This document shows, piece after piece, positions 38,946 through 49,257 of a stretch of DNA of 64,000 bases; the stretch's first letter is position 1, and each line of letters begins with the position of its first letter. The notes under the pieces are model-generated. The model made no database searches. It saw only the letters and a program-made list of their open reading frames with translations, and was not told the DNA's origin. Where the stretch lies: the NCBI GenBank assembly GCA_965202625.1, contig CBDBBI010000010.1, positions 2,080,001 to 2,144,000 on the forward strand, given 5' to 3'. A program made the translations under genes and the position numbers. Source of the stretch: a bacterium. Its GTDB lineage: Bacteria; UBA8248.

Positions 38946-39383
38946 TCAGAAAGCGGCGCCTACCGCCTCGACGGCGGCGCGCGCGATGGCCTTGTCTTGT
39001 TCCCAGTCGCCTCCGCTCACGCCGATGCCTCCCAGACATTCGCCGTCATATAGAATGGGAAAGCCACCCTCCATCGCCGTCCATCGCTCGGGGCCGGCGG
39101 CGAGGGCGAGGCCAAGGGCGTGAGCGGTGTCGAGGTGCTGGGCCTGTGCGCCTAGCGTTGTGGTGGGACGCTTGTTCGAAGCCGAGCAAACCGCCTTGGT
39201 GGTGGATGAATGAACGGTGTGGAAACGCCCGCCGTCCATGCGCTCGAGCAGGATGAGGTGTCCTCCGGCGTCGGCGATGGCCACGGTGACGGGGATGCCG
39301 AAGCCCTCCGCCTTGGCGATGGCGGCCGTCATCATCAGTCTGGCCCCCTTGGTGGTGAGGCGATGGGTTGGTGCGAATGGCAT
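38946..39383 (-). CDS. GlcG/HbpS family heme-binding protein
   Basis: VTVAIADAGGHLILLERMDG, KAVCS, GGFPI...GGIGVSGG...QDKAIA. Confidence 0.92.
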   Translation of the reverse strand: MPFAPTHRLTTKGARLMMTAAIAKAEGFGIPVTVAIADAGGHLILLERMDGGRFHTVHSSTTKAVCSASNKRPTTTLGAQAQHLDTAHALGLALAAGPERWTAMEGGFPILYDGECLGGIGVSGGDWEQDKAIARAAVEAVGAAF

Positions 39384-39830
39384 GGGCGCGTCTCCTATGT
39401 CTGTCGATTGTTTCCGAATCTATCCGTTTCTTTCCATTTTGATGCGACCGCACCTCGCTGCTTCTAGCGCCAGACGCAACATGGCCTCGCCCCTTCTACT
39501 CGACGGTGGCGAGTGTCTTGAGCCTCGAAAAACTTCGCGGGGCGGTTAAGCATGCTTTCATTTTTTGAGACGTAAAATCGATTGGTGAGGGTTCAGGATA
39601 CCGCCCAGTGGAGAGAATCTAGGGAAGGGACGGAGAAATGTCAACGATTCGTCCGTATCTTGCTTGTGACTCGGGGACTTGGAGCTCGCATGGAGCGACC
39701 CTCTCACGTCTTCACTCTACTCTGGGTGCGACTCTCTTTTTATAAATGACGCCCTCGTGCCTTGTCATGGAATGTGGGGTTGTCCATCATGACTCATGGT
39801 TCTTGCGAGTAGGCGAAAAGGAGAGTTCGA

Positions 39831-40604
39831 ATGCTCGACCTCATCTCGTTCATGGAAAAAACCGCGCGAGCGGCGGGTGCGCTTGCCATGCAGCTGTCTG
39901 GCCGCGTGAAGACCGAACCGAAGGGTCGAAGCATTGTCTCATACGCGGACAGGGAGGCAGAGCGTCTCATCGTCTCGAAGATTCGCTCCGCGTTTCCAGA
40001 CGATCCCTTATTGGCGGAGGAAAGTGGAGCGAGCGGGACGCGGGAGATTGCTGCCGATACCCGCTGGTGGGCGATAGACCCCATTGACGGCACTGGCCCC
40101 TATCTCAAAGGCCTTCCCTTCTGGGCGGTTTCCATCGCCTGTCTGGTGGGCGATCGCGTGGAGGCGGGGGTGGTTCACATGCCGTCGATGGGGGAGACCT
40201 TCACCGCCACGGCTTCCGGCCGCGCGATGCGCAAAGGGGCGCCCATCTCTCGCGTGGAGCAGGGCGCCCTCCAGGAGCACGACTATCTCTTCATTCCGTG
40301 TAGCGAAGTGGTGGGTCTCTCTCATGAATATCCTGGGCGCTTTCTGGCATTGGCTTCGTCCGCTTGCCATCTTTGCTTTGCGGCGGCGGGCTGTGCTTTT
40401 GGCGTTTTGATGGAGCCTTTACACGCCTATGACTTCGCCGCCGCCGCGCTCATCTACGAGCGCGCGGGCGGAGCGGTGGCTTACGTTTCGGGCAGGCGGA
40501 TCGACTACGCTGCCCTCGCCGACGGACACGCAACGCCAGAGCCCGCGGTCGCCGCCCCCAGCGGGCAAATCGACTGGCTGAGAGAAAAGATCTCCTGGGG
40601 CTAA
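39831..40604 (+). CDS. Inositol monophosphatase family protein
   Basis: ADREAE, LAEES, WAIDPIDGT, YDFAAA. Confidence 0.88.
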   Translation: MLDLISFMEKTARAAGALAMQLSGRVKTEPKGRSIVSYADREAERLIVSKIRSAFPDDPLLAEESGASGTREIAADTRWWAIDPIDGTGPYLKGLPFWAVSIACLVGDRVEAGVVHMPSMGETFTATASGRAMRKGAPISRVEQGALQEHDYLFIPCSEVVGLSHEYPGRFLALASSACHLCFAAAGCAFGVLMEPLHAYDFAAAALIYERAGGAVAYVSGRRIDYAALADGHATPEPAVAAPSGQIDWLREKISWG

Positions 40605-40745
40605 ATTCGCCAGTCCCCACGCTCGGTAGGCTTTTGCAGGGACTGGATTTCCGGAGCCGCTCATGCCTCAAAGGGTGCTTTGGCGAGGGGCCCCGCCGCT
40701 TTCAGGCTTCTGCGCTTCACCCCCAAGAGATGGCATGAGGCGCAC

Positions 40746-41549
40746 TTACATCCACATGCCCGCGCCCTGGAGCAGTTGATCGATCTGAAAGCTGACGCGT
40801 TCGGCGCTTTCGAGCGGCGTCATGTGTCCGGCCCCCTCCACCATCTCATAGACCGAATCGTTCAGCCCCTGATGAAGGGACTCCATATCGCCAACCGATA
40901 TCAGCGCATCGTTCGCTCCGCCAAACACGAGGCAGGGGACGGCGATTTCACTCAGGCGCGGCGTCATGTCCTCGCGCTGGCGGTTGGCGTCGATCAGGGA
41001 GGCGACGTGGCCGGGAATTTGGCTGGTGACGATTTTTCTCGTGGCCTCCACTGCGAGGGGATGGGTGGAAGCGTAGCCGGGAGAGAACAGTTTGGGCAGG
41101 AAGTGGGCCGAGAAGTTCTCCATTCCTTCGTCGATGACGATGCGCATCTGTTGTAGGCGCGCCCGTCTCCCCTCCTCGGAATCGCCCGTAGCCCGGGTGC
41201 TGACGAAAGCGCACGCGCGGACCATCAACGGATGGCGAATCGCCATTTGCAGCAGGACGTAGCCGCCCATGGAGAAGCCGGCCACGGCGGCGGCGTTGAT
41301 GTTTAGCGCGCCTAGGAAAGCCGCCATGTCGTCCGCCATCATCTCAATCGTGATGCCCCCGCCCGCGTGGCTCGTTTTTCCCATGCCGCGCATGTCGGGG
41401 CGCAAAACCCGGTAGCTCCCCTCCAACGCCTCGACCTGCGCCTTCCAGATGGTGTGATCCAGGGAAAAGCCGTGGAGGAGCAGGAGCGGGGGGCCGCTGC
41501 CGGATTCTTCGTAAGCGACTTCGAGTCCATGCGCGGATACGGTTTTCAT
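40746..41549 (-). CDS. Alpha/beta hydrolase (enol-lactonase-like)
   Basis: LLLHGF, PDMRGMG, GFSMGG, GANDAL, AGH. Confidence 0.9.
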   Translation of the reverse strand: MKTVSAHGLEVAYEESGSGPPLLLLHGFSLDHTIWKAQVEALEGSYRVLRPDMRGMGKTSHAGGGITIEMMADDMAAFLGALNINAAAVAGFSMGGYVLLQMAIRHPLMVRACAFVSTRATGDSEEGRRARLQQMRIVIDEGMENFSAHFLPKLFSPGYASTHPLAVEATRKIVTSQIPGHVASLIDANRQREDMTPRLSEIAVPCLVFGGANDALISVGDMESLHQGLNDSVYEMVEGAGHMTPLESAERVSFQIDQLLQGAGMWM

Positions 41550-41852
41550 CAAGTGCTCCCCTCGTGTTTGAACCGACTTAAGGTGCGAATCGTCCTTCGG
41601 AACGTCCAGTCTAGCATGACTGTGAAAGATCGCCAGATCGCTTGGGCAGGCATCAAATCTTGAGACGCATATAAATAAAAGGCTATACTGTTAGGGTCTT
41701 TGGCGCGTTTTTTCGCTTTGTCGCTTTTGGGGTTATGGATAGCGGAACCGAGCACGACCAGGAAAATTTTGCCATACCGAGAAGTGGAAGTGCCTGATTT
41801 TCAGATATCCGATACGCGAAATAAGGCTGCCGCTTAGGGCAAAAGCGGCTTT

Positions 41853-43037
41853 TTACCTTTCTGGCCCGCACATGGGAAGCGCGAACAGGGCGAATTCGCC
41901 GAGCGCGAGCTCGATTTCCTCACGAACCCAGGCGTCTTTTTCGATCTCGAGTCCACCCTCAAGAGCGAGGCGCGCGCGCCCATCCCGCACCCGCTTGCCG
42001 ATGCGGCCCAGTGCCCACGCGGCATGGCCTCGGACGAGAGGTTCTCGATGCCCAAGCGCTTTGCCGAGGGGCGCGATGCTTTCGGATCCTCCCGAGTTTC
42101 CGATAGCGACGATGACGTTTCTTAAGAAGCCTCCGTATCGCGCGCGCATGATGGGTGTGCCGCGAAACGCTTTTTGGAATTGCGCCTCATCCATCTCCAG
42201 AAAGCGACGCAACTGGGGGTTGCGCGCCGCCGCCCGAGGGGCGAACCTTGGCTCGCTCGCACGCGGGGCGTCTTCGTTCCAGGGGCAGACCTCCTGGCAG
42301 ATATCACACCCGAAGATGTGCGCGCCCATGGGGGCGCGAAGCGCTCTGGGAATTGGGCCTCTAAGTTCAATGGTGAGATAGGAGATGCAGCGCCTCGCGT
42401 CTACCACGCCGGGCGCAACAATGGCGTCCGTCGGACATTTCTCGATGCACCGAACGCATGTGCCACAATGATCCTCGGCGAAGGGCGCGTCCACCGCCAG
42501 CGCTTTGTTCAGGAGCAGTGCGCCTAAGAAAAAATAGCTGCCCAGCTGACGCGAGAGCAGCAGAGAGTTTTTCCCCTTCCAGCCCAGACCCGCCATGACG
42601 GCCAGATCGCGTTCGAGTAACGGGCCGGTGTCCACGTAGCTTCTGCCCTCTATGCTTGGATCGATCTCTCTCAAATCGCGCAAAACGCGAATCAACCTCT
42701 TTTTCATGAACTTGTGATAATCCCCGCCATGGGCGTAGCGTGCGATTCTTCCCCGCCCGCGCGCATGGGGGGTCTCCTGTTCGGGCCTGTAGCGCATGGC
42801 GACGACGAGCACCGCGCGCGTACCCGACCAAAGGCGGCGCAAGTCGCCGCGCACGTAAGGATTTCTGCGCAGATAGCTCATCTCGCCCGCGTAGCCTTTT
42901 TCGAGCCACGCGAGGTATCGCTCGTGGGCTTGACCCAAGTGGGGCGGCGCGATGGCGGCAAGGTCGAAGCCGTGTGCCAGGGCGTGTTGTTTTGCAGCCC
43001 TCGTGAGATCGGGAGTCGTGATTCGGAGCGGTTTCAT
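41853..43037 (-). CDS. queG: Epoxyqueuosine reductase
   Basis: IARYAHGGDYH, VDTGPLLER, GLGWKGKN, CGTCVRCIEKCPT, DARRCISYLTIE, FGCDICQEVCPWN, C-terminal HEAT repeats. Confidence 0.95.
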   Translation of the reverse strand: MKPLRITTPDLTRAAKQHALAHGFDLAAIAPPHLGQAHERYLAWLEKGYAGEMSYLRRNPYVRGDLRRLWSGTRAVLVVAMRYRPEQETPHARGRGRIARYAHGGDYHKFMKKRLIRVLRDLREIDPSIEGRSYVDTGPLLERDLAVMAGLGWKGKNSLLLSRQLGSYFFLGALLLNKALAVDAPFAEDHCGTCVRCIEKCPTDAIVAPGVVDARRCISYLTIELRGPIPRALRAPMGAHIFGCDICQEVCPWNEDAPRASEPRFAPRAAARNPQLRRFLEMDEAQFQKAFRGTPIMRARYGGFLRNVIVAIGNSGGSESIAPLGKALGHREPLVRGHAAWALGRIGKRVRDGRARLALEGGLEIEKDAWVREEIELALGEFALFALPMCGPER

Positions 43038-43268
43038 GAGCCTCTCCCCGCGCGGGGAGATGGATGATGCGGATTGAAGTGGGCACCCATCATGTCTTAT
43101 ATCTTTTCCGTGAGAGGGGAGTTGCGCCGGCGAATCAACAATCTTGGATGGCGGACGGTTTGATGTCAACAATTGTTTGAGAGGTAGTTTTGGATTACCC
43201 ATGTGGGAGATTTGATGCTATTTAATGGGACGTTTTGATGGGGATATTTCATCGCTCGGGAAAAGGGA

Positions 43269-44027
43269 ATGTCGTTAGTGCGCAAGGGAAGACTATTATG
43301 GGCGGCGTCACTCTGCTTGCTCGTGGCGGGGCTGCTCCTCTACCTTTTTTGGGGCGAGATAGGCGACGCTTGGGCGCATCTGGCGAACCTCCACCACAAA
43401 AAAGAGAAATTCAGGGATTGGATGTATTCGTTCGGTCCCTGGGGTCCAGTGGTGTTCGTCGGAGTGCAGGCGTTCCAGGTGGTTTTCTCCCCCATACCGG
43501 GGGAGTTGACGGGTTTTTTGGGCGGTTACTTTTATGGAGCGTTCCTGGCGACGATCTTTAGCACCATCGGTTTGACGCTGGGGAGTTTCGTCGCGTTTTA
43601 TCTCGGGCGGAGGCTGGGGCGTCCTTTCGTGGAAAAGCTCATGCCGCCGAAAATTTTGGAGAAATTCGATTTCCTCGTCACGAACAGGGGCGCTTTCCTT
43701 GCATTCATCTTCTTCTCGATCCCCGGTTTTCCCAAAGACTACATGTGCTACCTGCTGGGTTTGAGTCCGCTGGGAACCTCCTCGTTTTTGCTGGTCGCTT
43801 TTTTTGGCAGAATCCCGGGCACCATCATGCTGGGACTGCAAGGCGCCGGGCTTTATGAGGAGCAATATGGGATGGTGGGCGCTCTTCTGGTGATCGTGGT
43901 AATCGTCGCGGCGGCGGCGGTCTACTTTCAGGAGCCCTTGCGTCTTTGGTTCAGGGACAAGGTCCAGGATAGGAAGCTAGCCCACGCCCAGATACAAAAG
44001 AAGCAAGGGCGTGGTGATGAGGCTTAA
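43269..44027 (+). CDS. TVP38/TMEM64 (DedA/VTT) family membrane protein
   Basis: QVVFSPIPGE, GGYFYG, AFYLGRRLGR, IPGFPKDYMCY, GRIPG. Confidence 0.9.
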   Translation: MSLVRKGRLLWAASLCLLVAGLLLYLFWGEIGDAWAHLANLHHKKEKFRDWMYSFGPWGPVVFVGVQAFQVVFSPIPGELTGFLGGYFYGAFLATIFSTIGLTLGSFVAFYLGRRLGRPFVEKLMPPKILEKFDFLVTNRGAFLAFIFFSIPGFPKDYMCYLLGLSPLGTSSFLLVAFFGRIPGTIMLGLQGAGLYEEQYGMVGALLVIVVIVAAAAVYFQEPLRLWFRDKVQDRKLAHAQIQKKQGRGDEA

Positions 44028-44861
44028 CGCCGTGCCCGTGAATACGATGGAGGCGGCAAGGGAGCCTTCCTTCCCGTAACGCTCGGCGAACACGTAGTTC
44101 AGCACGGCGGGTGGGCTGCACGACATGAGGAAGAGCGCCGCCCGGAACGCGCCGGTGAGCGCGAAGACCTCGCAGAGTGTCCAAGCCACGAGAAATCCAA
44201 GTCCGAACCTGAGCGTCGCTACCAAGACGCTGATCCTAAAATCAGATGCCCTGATGGCGCGGAGCCGGTAGCCCAGCGAAAATAGTTCCACCGAAAACAT
44301 GCCGCTCCCCGTGAGGTGCGTGAAGCGCGTGATGAATCTAGGTACCGGAAGCGCTGCAACCGCCACGATGATGCCCGCTATTGCGGCGTAGAGAGCGGGC
44401 ATCTTGAGCGGTTCTCTGATGCTGGCGCCGCCGCCGTGGGCCATGATTCCCAACGAGAAAGTGATGAATATGTTCGGAATGGAGAGAAGCACCATGTGGC
44501 CCAGGCCCTCTTCGCCAAAGGCCAGAAGCGCGAGGGGGTAGGGTAGCGAAATGGCGTTCATGATCATTACGCTGGGTACAAAGGCGCGTTGCGTCATGCC
44601 TGCTGCGCGCTTGATGACGTAGGCGACCGCGCCTGGGATGATTTGAATCAGACAGGAGAAAACGCTCGCCCGTATCAGCTCCTCCCAGAGAATCTGTTGC
44701 CGCGCCAAGGCGTCGAACATCACGGCGGGCGCGAGCAGGAACAGGACGAGCTCGGCCAGCGCCTTGGGGTCGAGCGTCTTCCATCGCCCGTAGAAGAAGC
44801 CGATGCCGATCAGTGCCATGATTGGAAAAACGATGTTCAAAAGCGGCGGAATGGCGGACAT
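43977..44861 (-). CDS. AEC (auxin efflux carrier) family transporter
   Basis: About 10 TM helices; P-L-LLAFGEEGL, PALYA, LFSLG, PPAVLNYVFAERY. Confidence 0.85.
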   Translation of the reverse strand: MSAIPPLLNIVFPIMALIGIGFFYGRWKTLDPKALAELVLFLLAPAVMFDALARQQILWEELIRASVFSCLIQIIPGAVAYVIKRAAGMTQRAFVPSVMIMNAISLPYPLALLAFGEEGLGHMVLLSIPNIFITFSLGIMAHGGGASIREPLKMPALYAAIAGIIVAVAALPVPRFITRFTHLTGSGMFSVELFSLGYRLRAIRASDFRISVLVATLRFGLGFLVAWTLCEVFALTGAFRAALFLMSCSPPAVLNYVFAERYGKEGSLAASIVFTGTALSLITTPLLLLYLGVG

Positions 44862-45105
44862 ACGCTTCTTCTTGAGAGTCCCTTTTGAGCCGGAAAGGAG
44901 GCTGAGTATACAGACTCTTCCCTTGTATTTCCACCCGTTCGTGCGTCTTGCTGGGAGGTTCTCCTTGCGCCGAGGTTCCTCGGGTCAGAGAGAAAAACGA
45001 CCAGGCAGGGTGGGAATTTGCGCGCGGCCGAAGGCACAGGGTAGCCTGCGGGTGCGTTCTCGTTCGTTTCTTGTGCGGTTTTCGTTTTGGGAGGGGTTTT
45101 GAGAA

Positions 45106-45543
45106 ATGCCAACGGTCGATCATATTGGCTACGCCGTCAGCAATCTGGATGAGAAAAAGAGCGTGATGGAGGACTTGCTGGGCTGTCGGTTTTTGGAGAG
45201 AAAGGTCTATGAGCGTCCCGGCAACACCGCCAGGCTCGACTTCTATGAGGCGAACGGCGCGGTAATGGAGCTCGTGGAGATGAGCAGCCCCGAGGCCCCG
45301 CTCAACCAATTCATCGCCGCGCGAGGTGAGGGGCTGCACCATGTTTGTTTCGTCGTCGATGACTTAAGGGCCACAATGGCCGAATGGGAGGGCAAGGGAG
45401 TCGAATTCACGCTCCCGCCCACTTATGGCTCGCGCGGCGGCGTCATCACCTTCACGGACGCCACCACCACTGGTGGCTTCGCGATAGAACTGGTGCAGCA
45501 CCTTCCGAAAGATGCGGAAATTCCTGATTGGGCGCAAACGTAG
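45106..45543 (+). CDS. VOC family protein, methylmalonyl-CoA epimerase-like
   Basis: VDHIGYAV, MELVE, GEGLHHVCF, IELVQ supply the H/E/H/E metal ligands. Confidence 0.8.
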   Translation: MPTVDHIGYAVSNLDEKKSVMEDLLGCRFLERKVYERPGNTARLDFYEANGAVMELVEMSSPEAPLNQFIAARGEGLHHVCFVVDDLRATMAEWEGKGVEFTLPPTYGSRGGVITFTDATTTGGFAIELVQHLPKDAEIPDWAQT

Positions 45544-45576
45544 GGGATTCGTACCCCTCGTTTCGTATGGGAGATG

Positions 45577-46596
45577 TTAACTCTCAAGACGTTGTTTTGG
45601 CGTATAGTCCTTGAAAAACGAGACGATTTGGTTCAGGGACGCAGGGATGTCCACGTCCCACTGGCGGTTTGAACCGCCGCCCGTGTGGGGCGTCAGCACG
45701 ACGTTGGGCAGGCGGATGAGCGGGTTGTCCTCAGGCAGGGGCTCATGGCGGTAGACGTCGAGCCCCGCCATAGTGATATCGCCTTTTTGGAGGGCGGCGG
45801 CGAGTGCCTCCTCGTCGATCAGCGCGCCTCTGCCCACGTTGATGACGACCGCCGTGTTTCTCATGCGCGCGAGCTGCTCCGCGCCGATCATCCCCTCGCT
45901 CTCCGCGGTGTGTGGCAGGACGAGAACGAGGTAAGAGACCCGGGCGATGAGTTCATCGAAGGAGAGGTAGCTGGCCTGGTATTGGACCTCGACCTTGGGC
46001 GGGTGTCTTGTGCGCTGGTAGTAGAAGATTCTCATGCCGAAGGCCAGGCACCGCTTGGCGATCTCCATGCCGATGTCGCCCATGCCGATGACGCCGACGC
46101 TTTCGCCGAACAGCTCTCCGACCCCGTCGATTTTTGCCCAGTTGGGCCTGAAGTTCCACTGGCTGGTCTCAATCGGCTCTACTCCTATCTCCCGATAGAC
46201 GGCGGATTGGACCGCGCGGTGGCCTGAAATCGCCTTGCGCGCGCAGCAGAGCATGAGGGTGAGAGCTTGTTCGGCCACCGTGGCGTTTCTCATCAACGAC
46301 TGCGTGCCGACCGGAATCCCCCGCGCGTCGGCCGCCTCCATGTCGATGTTCTTTCGGTTCAGCCCGTGCTTCTGGATAAATTTGAGGTTCTCGGCCGCCT
46401 GGATGAGGGAGGCGGGAAGCGCCGCCTTGTAGCAGAGGATAGCGTCGGCTTGGGGTGCGAGAGCAACCAGGGCGTCTTCCTCTCCGGATCCAGGTGCTAT
46501 GATCTCGAAAGGGGCGGCCGCAGGAGACGCCTTCACTCTTTCAAGAAAACGGCCGGAAGCCCCGTCTGGGACGAGAAGGTGGATTTTATCGCGCAT
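45577..46596 (-). CDS. D-isomer-specific 2-hydroxyacid dehydrogenase
   Basis: GVIGMGDIG, INVGRGALIDE, AGLDVYRHEP, VVLTPHTG. Confidence 0.92.
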   Translation of the reverse strand: MRDKIHLLVPDGASGRFLERVKASPAAAPFEIIAPGSGEEDALVALAPQADAILCYKAALPASLIQAAENLKFIQKHGLNRKNIDMEAADARGIPVGTQSLMRNATVAEQALTLMLCCARKAISGHRAVQSAVYREIGVEPIETSQWNFRPNWAKIDGVGELFGESVGVIGMGDIGMEIAKRCLAFGMRIFYYQRTRHPPKVEVQYQASYLSFDELIARVSYLVLVLPHTAESEGMIGAEQLARMRNTAVVINVGRGALIDEEALAAALQKGDITMAGLDVYRHEPLPEDNPLIRLPNVVLTPHTGGGSNRQWDVDIPASLNQIVSFFKDYTPKQRLES

Positions 46597-46855
46597 TCTT
46601 TTCTCCTCGTGCGCAAATGAGACGAAGGACGACGGAACCCTCCCTTATCATAATCTGCGCTTGAGCGCGACCGAGGCGACGGGCGCGCGTTTTCCCCCGG
46701 TCGTTGGACTGGCAACGCATTCAAAGGGAGATATTTATAGGATATTCCATTATAATCTCTCATATTGTCCGATGAATTGACGCGGTACTCTCCGCATTCC
46801 CGACGTGGGAGGAGGAGCGGAAGGGGGTTTTTGAAGCCATAGAGGAGAGGTGGAT

Positions 46856-47335
46856 ATGTGGTTTGGGAAGTGGGTGAGCGCGGGTGTTTGTGCGATGGCT
46901 GTCGTGTTTTTTTCTCTCACGTCGTTCTCCGCCGACGAAGATGAGCAGGCGTTGCGTGGCGTTCAGAGGGTGCGCGTGCGCACGATGAAGAGCATCAGCC
47001 GCTCAATGCGCCGCATCAGGGCGTATGCCAAGAAAGGAAATTACGAGCGCGTGGCGCGGGCGGCGGAGGAAGTGGCGTTGCTCACTGCGGCGATTCCGCA
47101 CTTAAGCCCCGAGGGCAGCAATTTTGAGAAGACGCGGATGAAGGCGAGCGTATGGAGCCAGTTTGATGATTACAAAAGAATCGCCGGGCTTTCGGCTCAA
47201 ACTGCCAGAGAGCTTGCGAAAGCGGCGGTGGCGGAGGATCGAAGCGGCGTGATGCGCGCGTTCACCGTTTTGTCGAATAGTTGCGGCCAGTGCCACAAGC
47301 CGTATCGAAAGAAAAAAGAAGGGAAAAGAAAATAG
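46856..47335 (+). CDS. Cytochrome c' (class II cytochrome c)
   Basis: Signal peptide, helical body, SVWSQFDDY, C-terminal CGQCHKPYR. Confidence 0.88.
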   Translation: MWFGKWVSAGVCAMAVVFFSLTSFSADEDEQALRGVQRVRVRTMKSISRSMRRIRAYAKKGNYERVARAAEEVALLTAAIPHLSPEGSNFEKTRMKASVWSQFDDYKRIAGLSAQTARELAKAAVAEDRSGVMRAFTVLSNSCGQCHKPYRKKKEGKRK

Positions 47336-47352
47336 GCCTCATCCCTATCCCT

Positions 47353-47616
47353 ATGGGATTTTTTCCCGTGAGCCCGCCTGTGGCGCAACCTGCTTTCAGG
47401 TTGCTGCTGGGTTTGCTGGAGGGTGGAAACGCGTGGGTAAAGCTGAGCGGCGCAGATTGCATTTCGCGGCATGGAGCTCCCTGCCTCGACGCCGAAACGG
47501 AGCGGGCGGTATGGGAAACGGATTGCCCGCATACGAACGTGAAGCCCAAAATTCCCAACGACGGCGATTGGGCGGACCTCCTCAGTGGAGAACCCCTCCC
47601 TCTTGTATGGGTTTGA
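47353..47616 (+). pseudogene. C-terminal remnant of an amidohydrolase_2 (LigI-like lactonase)
   Basis: QPAFRLLLGLLEGGNAWVKLSG...RAVWETDCPHTN...PNDGDWADLL is a decayed version of WVKLSG / WGTDWPH / PNDG. The N-terminal part is missing. Confidence 0.7.
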
Positions 47617-47647
47617 CCAGTGAGGCCCCGTGGAGGCTAGGCGTCCC

Positions 47648-49105
47648 TCATGGTGCGTCTTTGAGTTTTTCCTTGAGTATTTCTTGCAAGGCTTTGGGGT
47701 TGGCCTTCCCCTGCGTCGCCCCCATCGCCTGGCCCACAAAAAAGCCCATCAGTTTCGTTTTTCCGCCCCGGTAGGCTTCCGCTTCCTCTGGGTTTGAAGC
47801 GAGCACCTCTTCTACGACGGCCTCGATCGCGCGCGCGTCCGTGATTTGCTTTAATCCCCTCTCCTCTACGATGGTCTCCGGGTCTTTTCCGTTCTCCGCC
47901 ATGGCATCGAATACGGTTTTTGCGGTTTTCCCACTGATGACGTCCTCGGCGAGGAGCGCGATCATTCTGGCCAGTCGCTCAGGAGGTATGGGACATTTGT
48001 CGATCGTTATCTTCTGTTCGTTCAAAAGACGGGAAACGTCGCCCATCACCCAGTTGCTCGCCGTTTTGGCCCGTTCTTCTCCAGCAGTCCGCACGACCTC
48101 GTCGAAATAGTCCGCCAGTTCTTTTTCCGCCGAGAGAAATTCCGCGTCGTATTGGGGAAGGCCAAGCGCATCCTGAAAACGCCTGCTTTTCGCGTCAGGC
48201 AGTTCCGGCAGTTGCGCGCGAACCTCATCAAGCCATTTCGCGTCCACTTCAAGGGGCACCAGATCGGGGTCTGGAAAGTAGCGGTAATCGTGGGCGTATT
48301 CTTTTGACCTCATCCCCCGCGTCACGCCGGCGGATTCATCCCATAGCCTGGTCTCTTGATGAATGACGCCGCCAGAATCCAGAATTTCCCGCTGGCGTTT
48401 TTCCTCGTATTCGAGTGCGCGTCTGAGATTCCGGAAAGAATTCATGTTCTTGATTTCCACCTTCGCGCCGAATTCCTCTGCCCCTCGCACTCTCAGAGAT
48501 ATGTTCGCGTCGCACCGCAAGCTGCCCTCCTGCATGTTGCCGTCGGATATTCCGAGATAGCGCACCAGGGTTCTGATCTTTCTCATGTAGGATTCCGCGT
48601 CTTCGGTGTTTCGGATGTCTGGTTCGGAGACGATTTCAAGCAATGGCACGCCGGCGCGGTTGAGGTCTGAAAAAGAATGGTTGGCGTCTCCTAACTCCTC
48701 TCCATGAATGAGCTTGCCCGCGTCTTCTTCCATGTGAATTCTGGTGAGGCGGACAGTCGCGTCTCGCCCATCCTTGGTTGTAAAATGAACGCGTCCCCCT
48801 ATGCAGATGGGTTCCTCGTATTGGCTGATCTGGTATCCCTTCGGAAGGTCTGGATAGAAGTAATGCTTTCGGGAGAAACGGCAAATCGGCGCGACCTCCG
48901 CCCCGACGGCCAGCCCAAGCCTGAGCGTGTATTCTACGACGCTTCGATTTAAAACCGGCAACACGCCAGGAAGCCCGAGATCCACCGTGCAGGTATGCGC
49001 ATTCGGCTCTCCTCCGAACGCGGAGCTCGAACCGCAAAAAATTTTGCTTTTGGTGCTTAGCTGGGCATGGACTTCGAGACCGATAACCGTTTCGTATGTC
49101 ATCAC
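47648..49105 (-). CDS. gatB: Asp/Glu-tRNA amidotransferase subunit B
   Basis: VIGLEVHAQL, YFYPDLPKGYQISQ, HMEEDAGK, DLNRAGVPLLEIVSEPD, YRYFPDPDL. Confidence 0.98.
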   Translation of the reverse strand: MMTYETVIGLEVHAQLSTKSKIFCGSSSAFGGEPNAHTCTVDLGLPGVLPVLNRSVVEYTLRLGLAVGAEVAPICRFSRKHYFYPDLPKGYQISQYEEPICIGGRVHFTTKDGRDATVRLTRIHMEEDAGKLIHGEELGDANHSFSDLNRAGVPLLEIVSEPDIRNTEDAESYMRKIRTLVRYLGISDGNMQEGSLRCDANISLRVRGAEEFGAKVEIKNMNSFRNLRRALEYEEKRQREILDSGGVIHQETRLWDESAGVTRGMRSKEYAHDYRYFPDPDLVPLEVDAKWLDEVRAQLPELPDAKSRRFQDALGLPQYDAEFLSAEKELADYFDEVVRTAGEERAKTASNWVMGDVSRLLNEQKITIDKCPIPPERLARMIALLAEDVISGKTAKTVFDAMAENGKDPETIVEERGLKQITDARAIEAVVEEVLASNPEEAEAYRGGKTKLMGFFVGQAMGATQGKANPKALQEILKEKLKDAP

Positions 49106-49257
49106 GTTCTCCCATCGAAACCCTTCGCCCCAACCCCGTCGCCGGACGTCATAAAGGCGGCGGTGCGTCGAGAAGACGAGTGAATCTTGCCCCTGCGCCT
49201 CGTCTCGCGGCGGAGCAGCGAGGCCATCCGAAATCCGTCATTGTCAAGGGACGCGCG

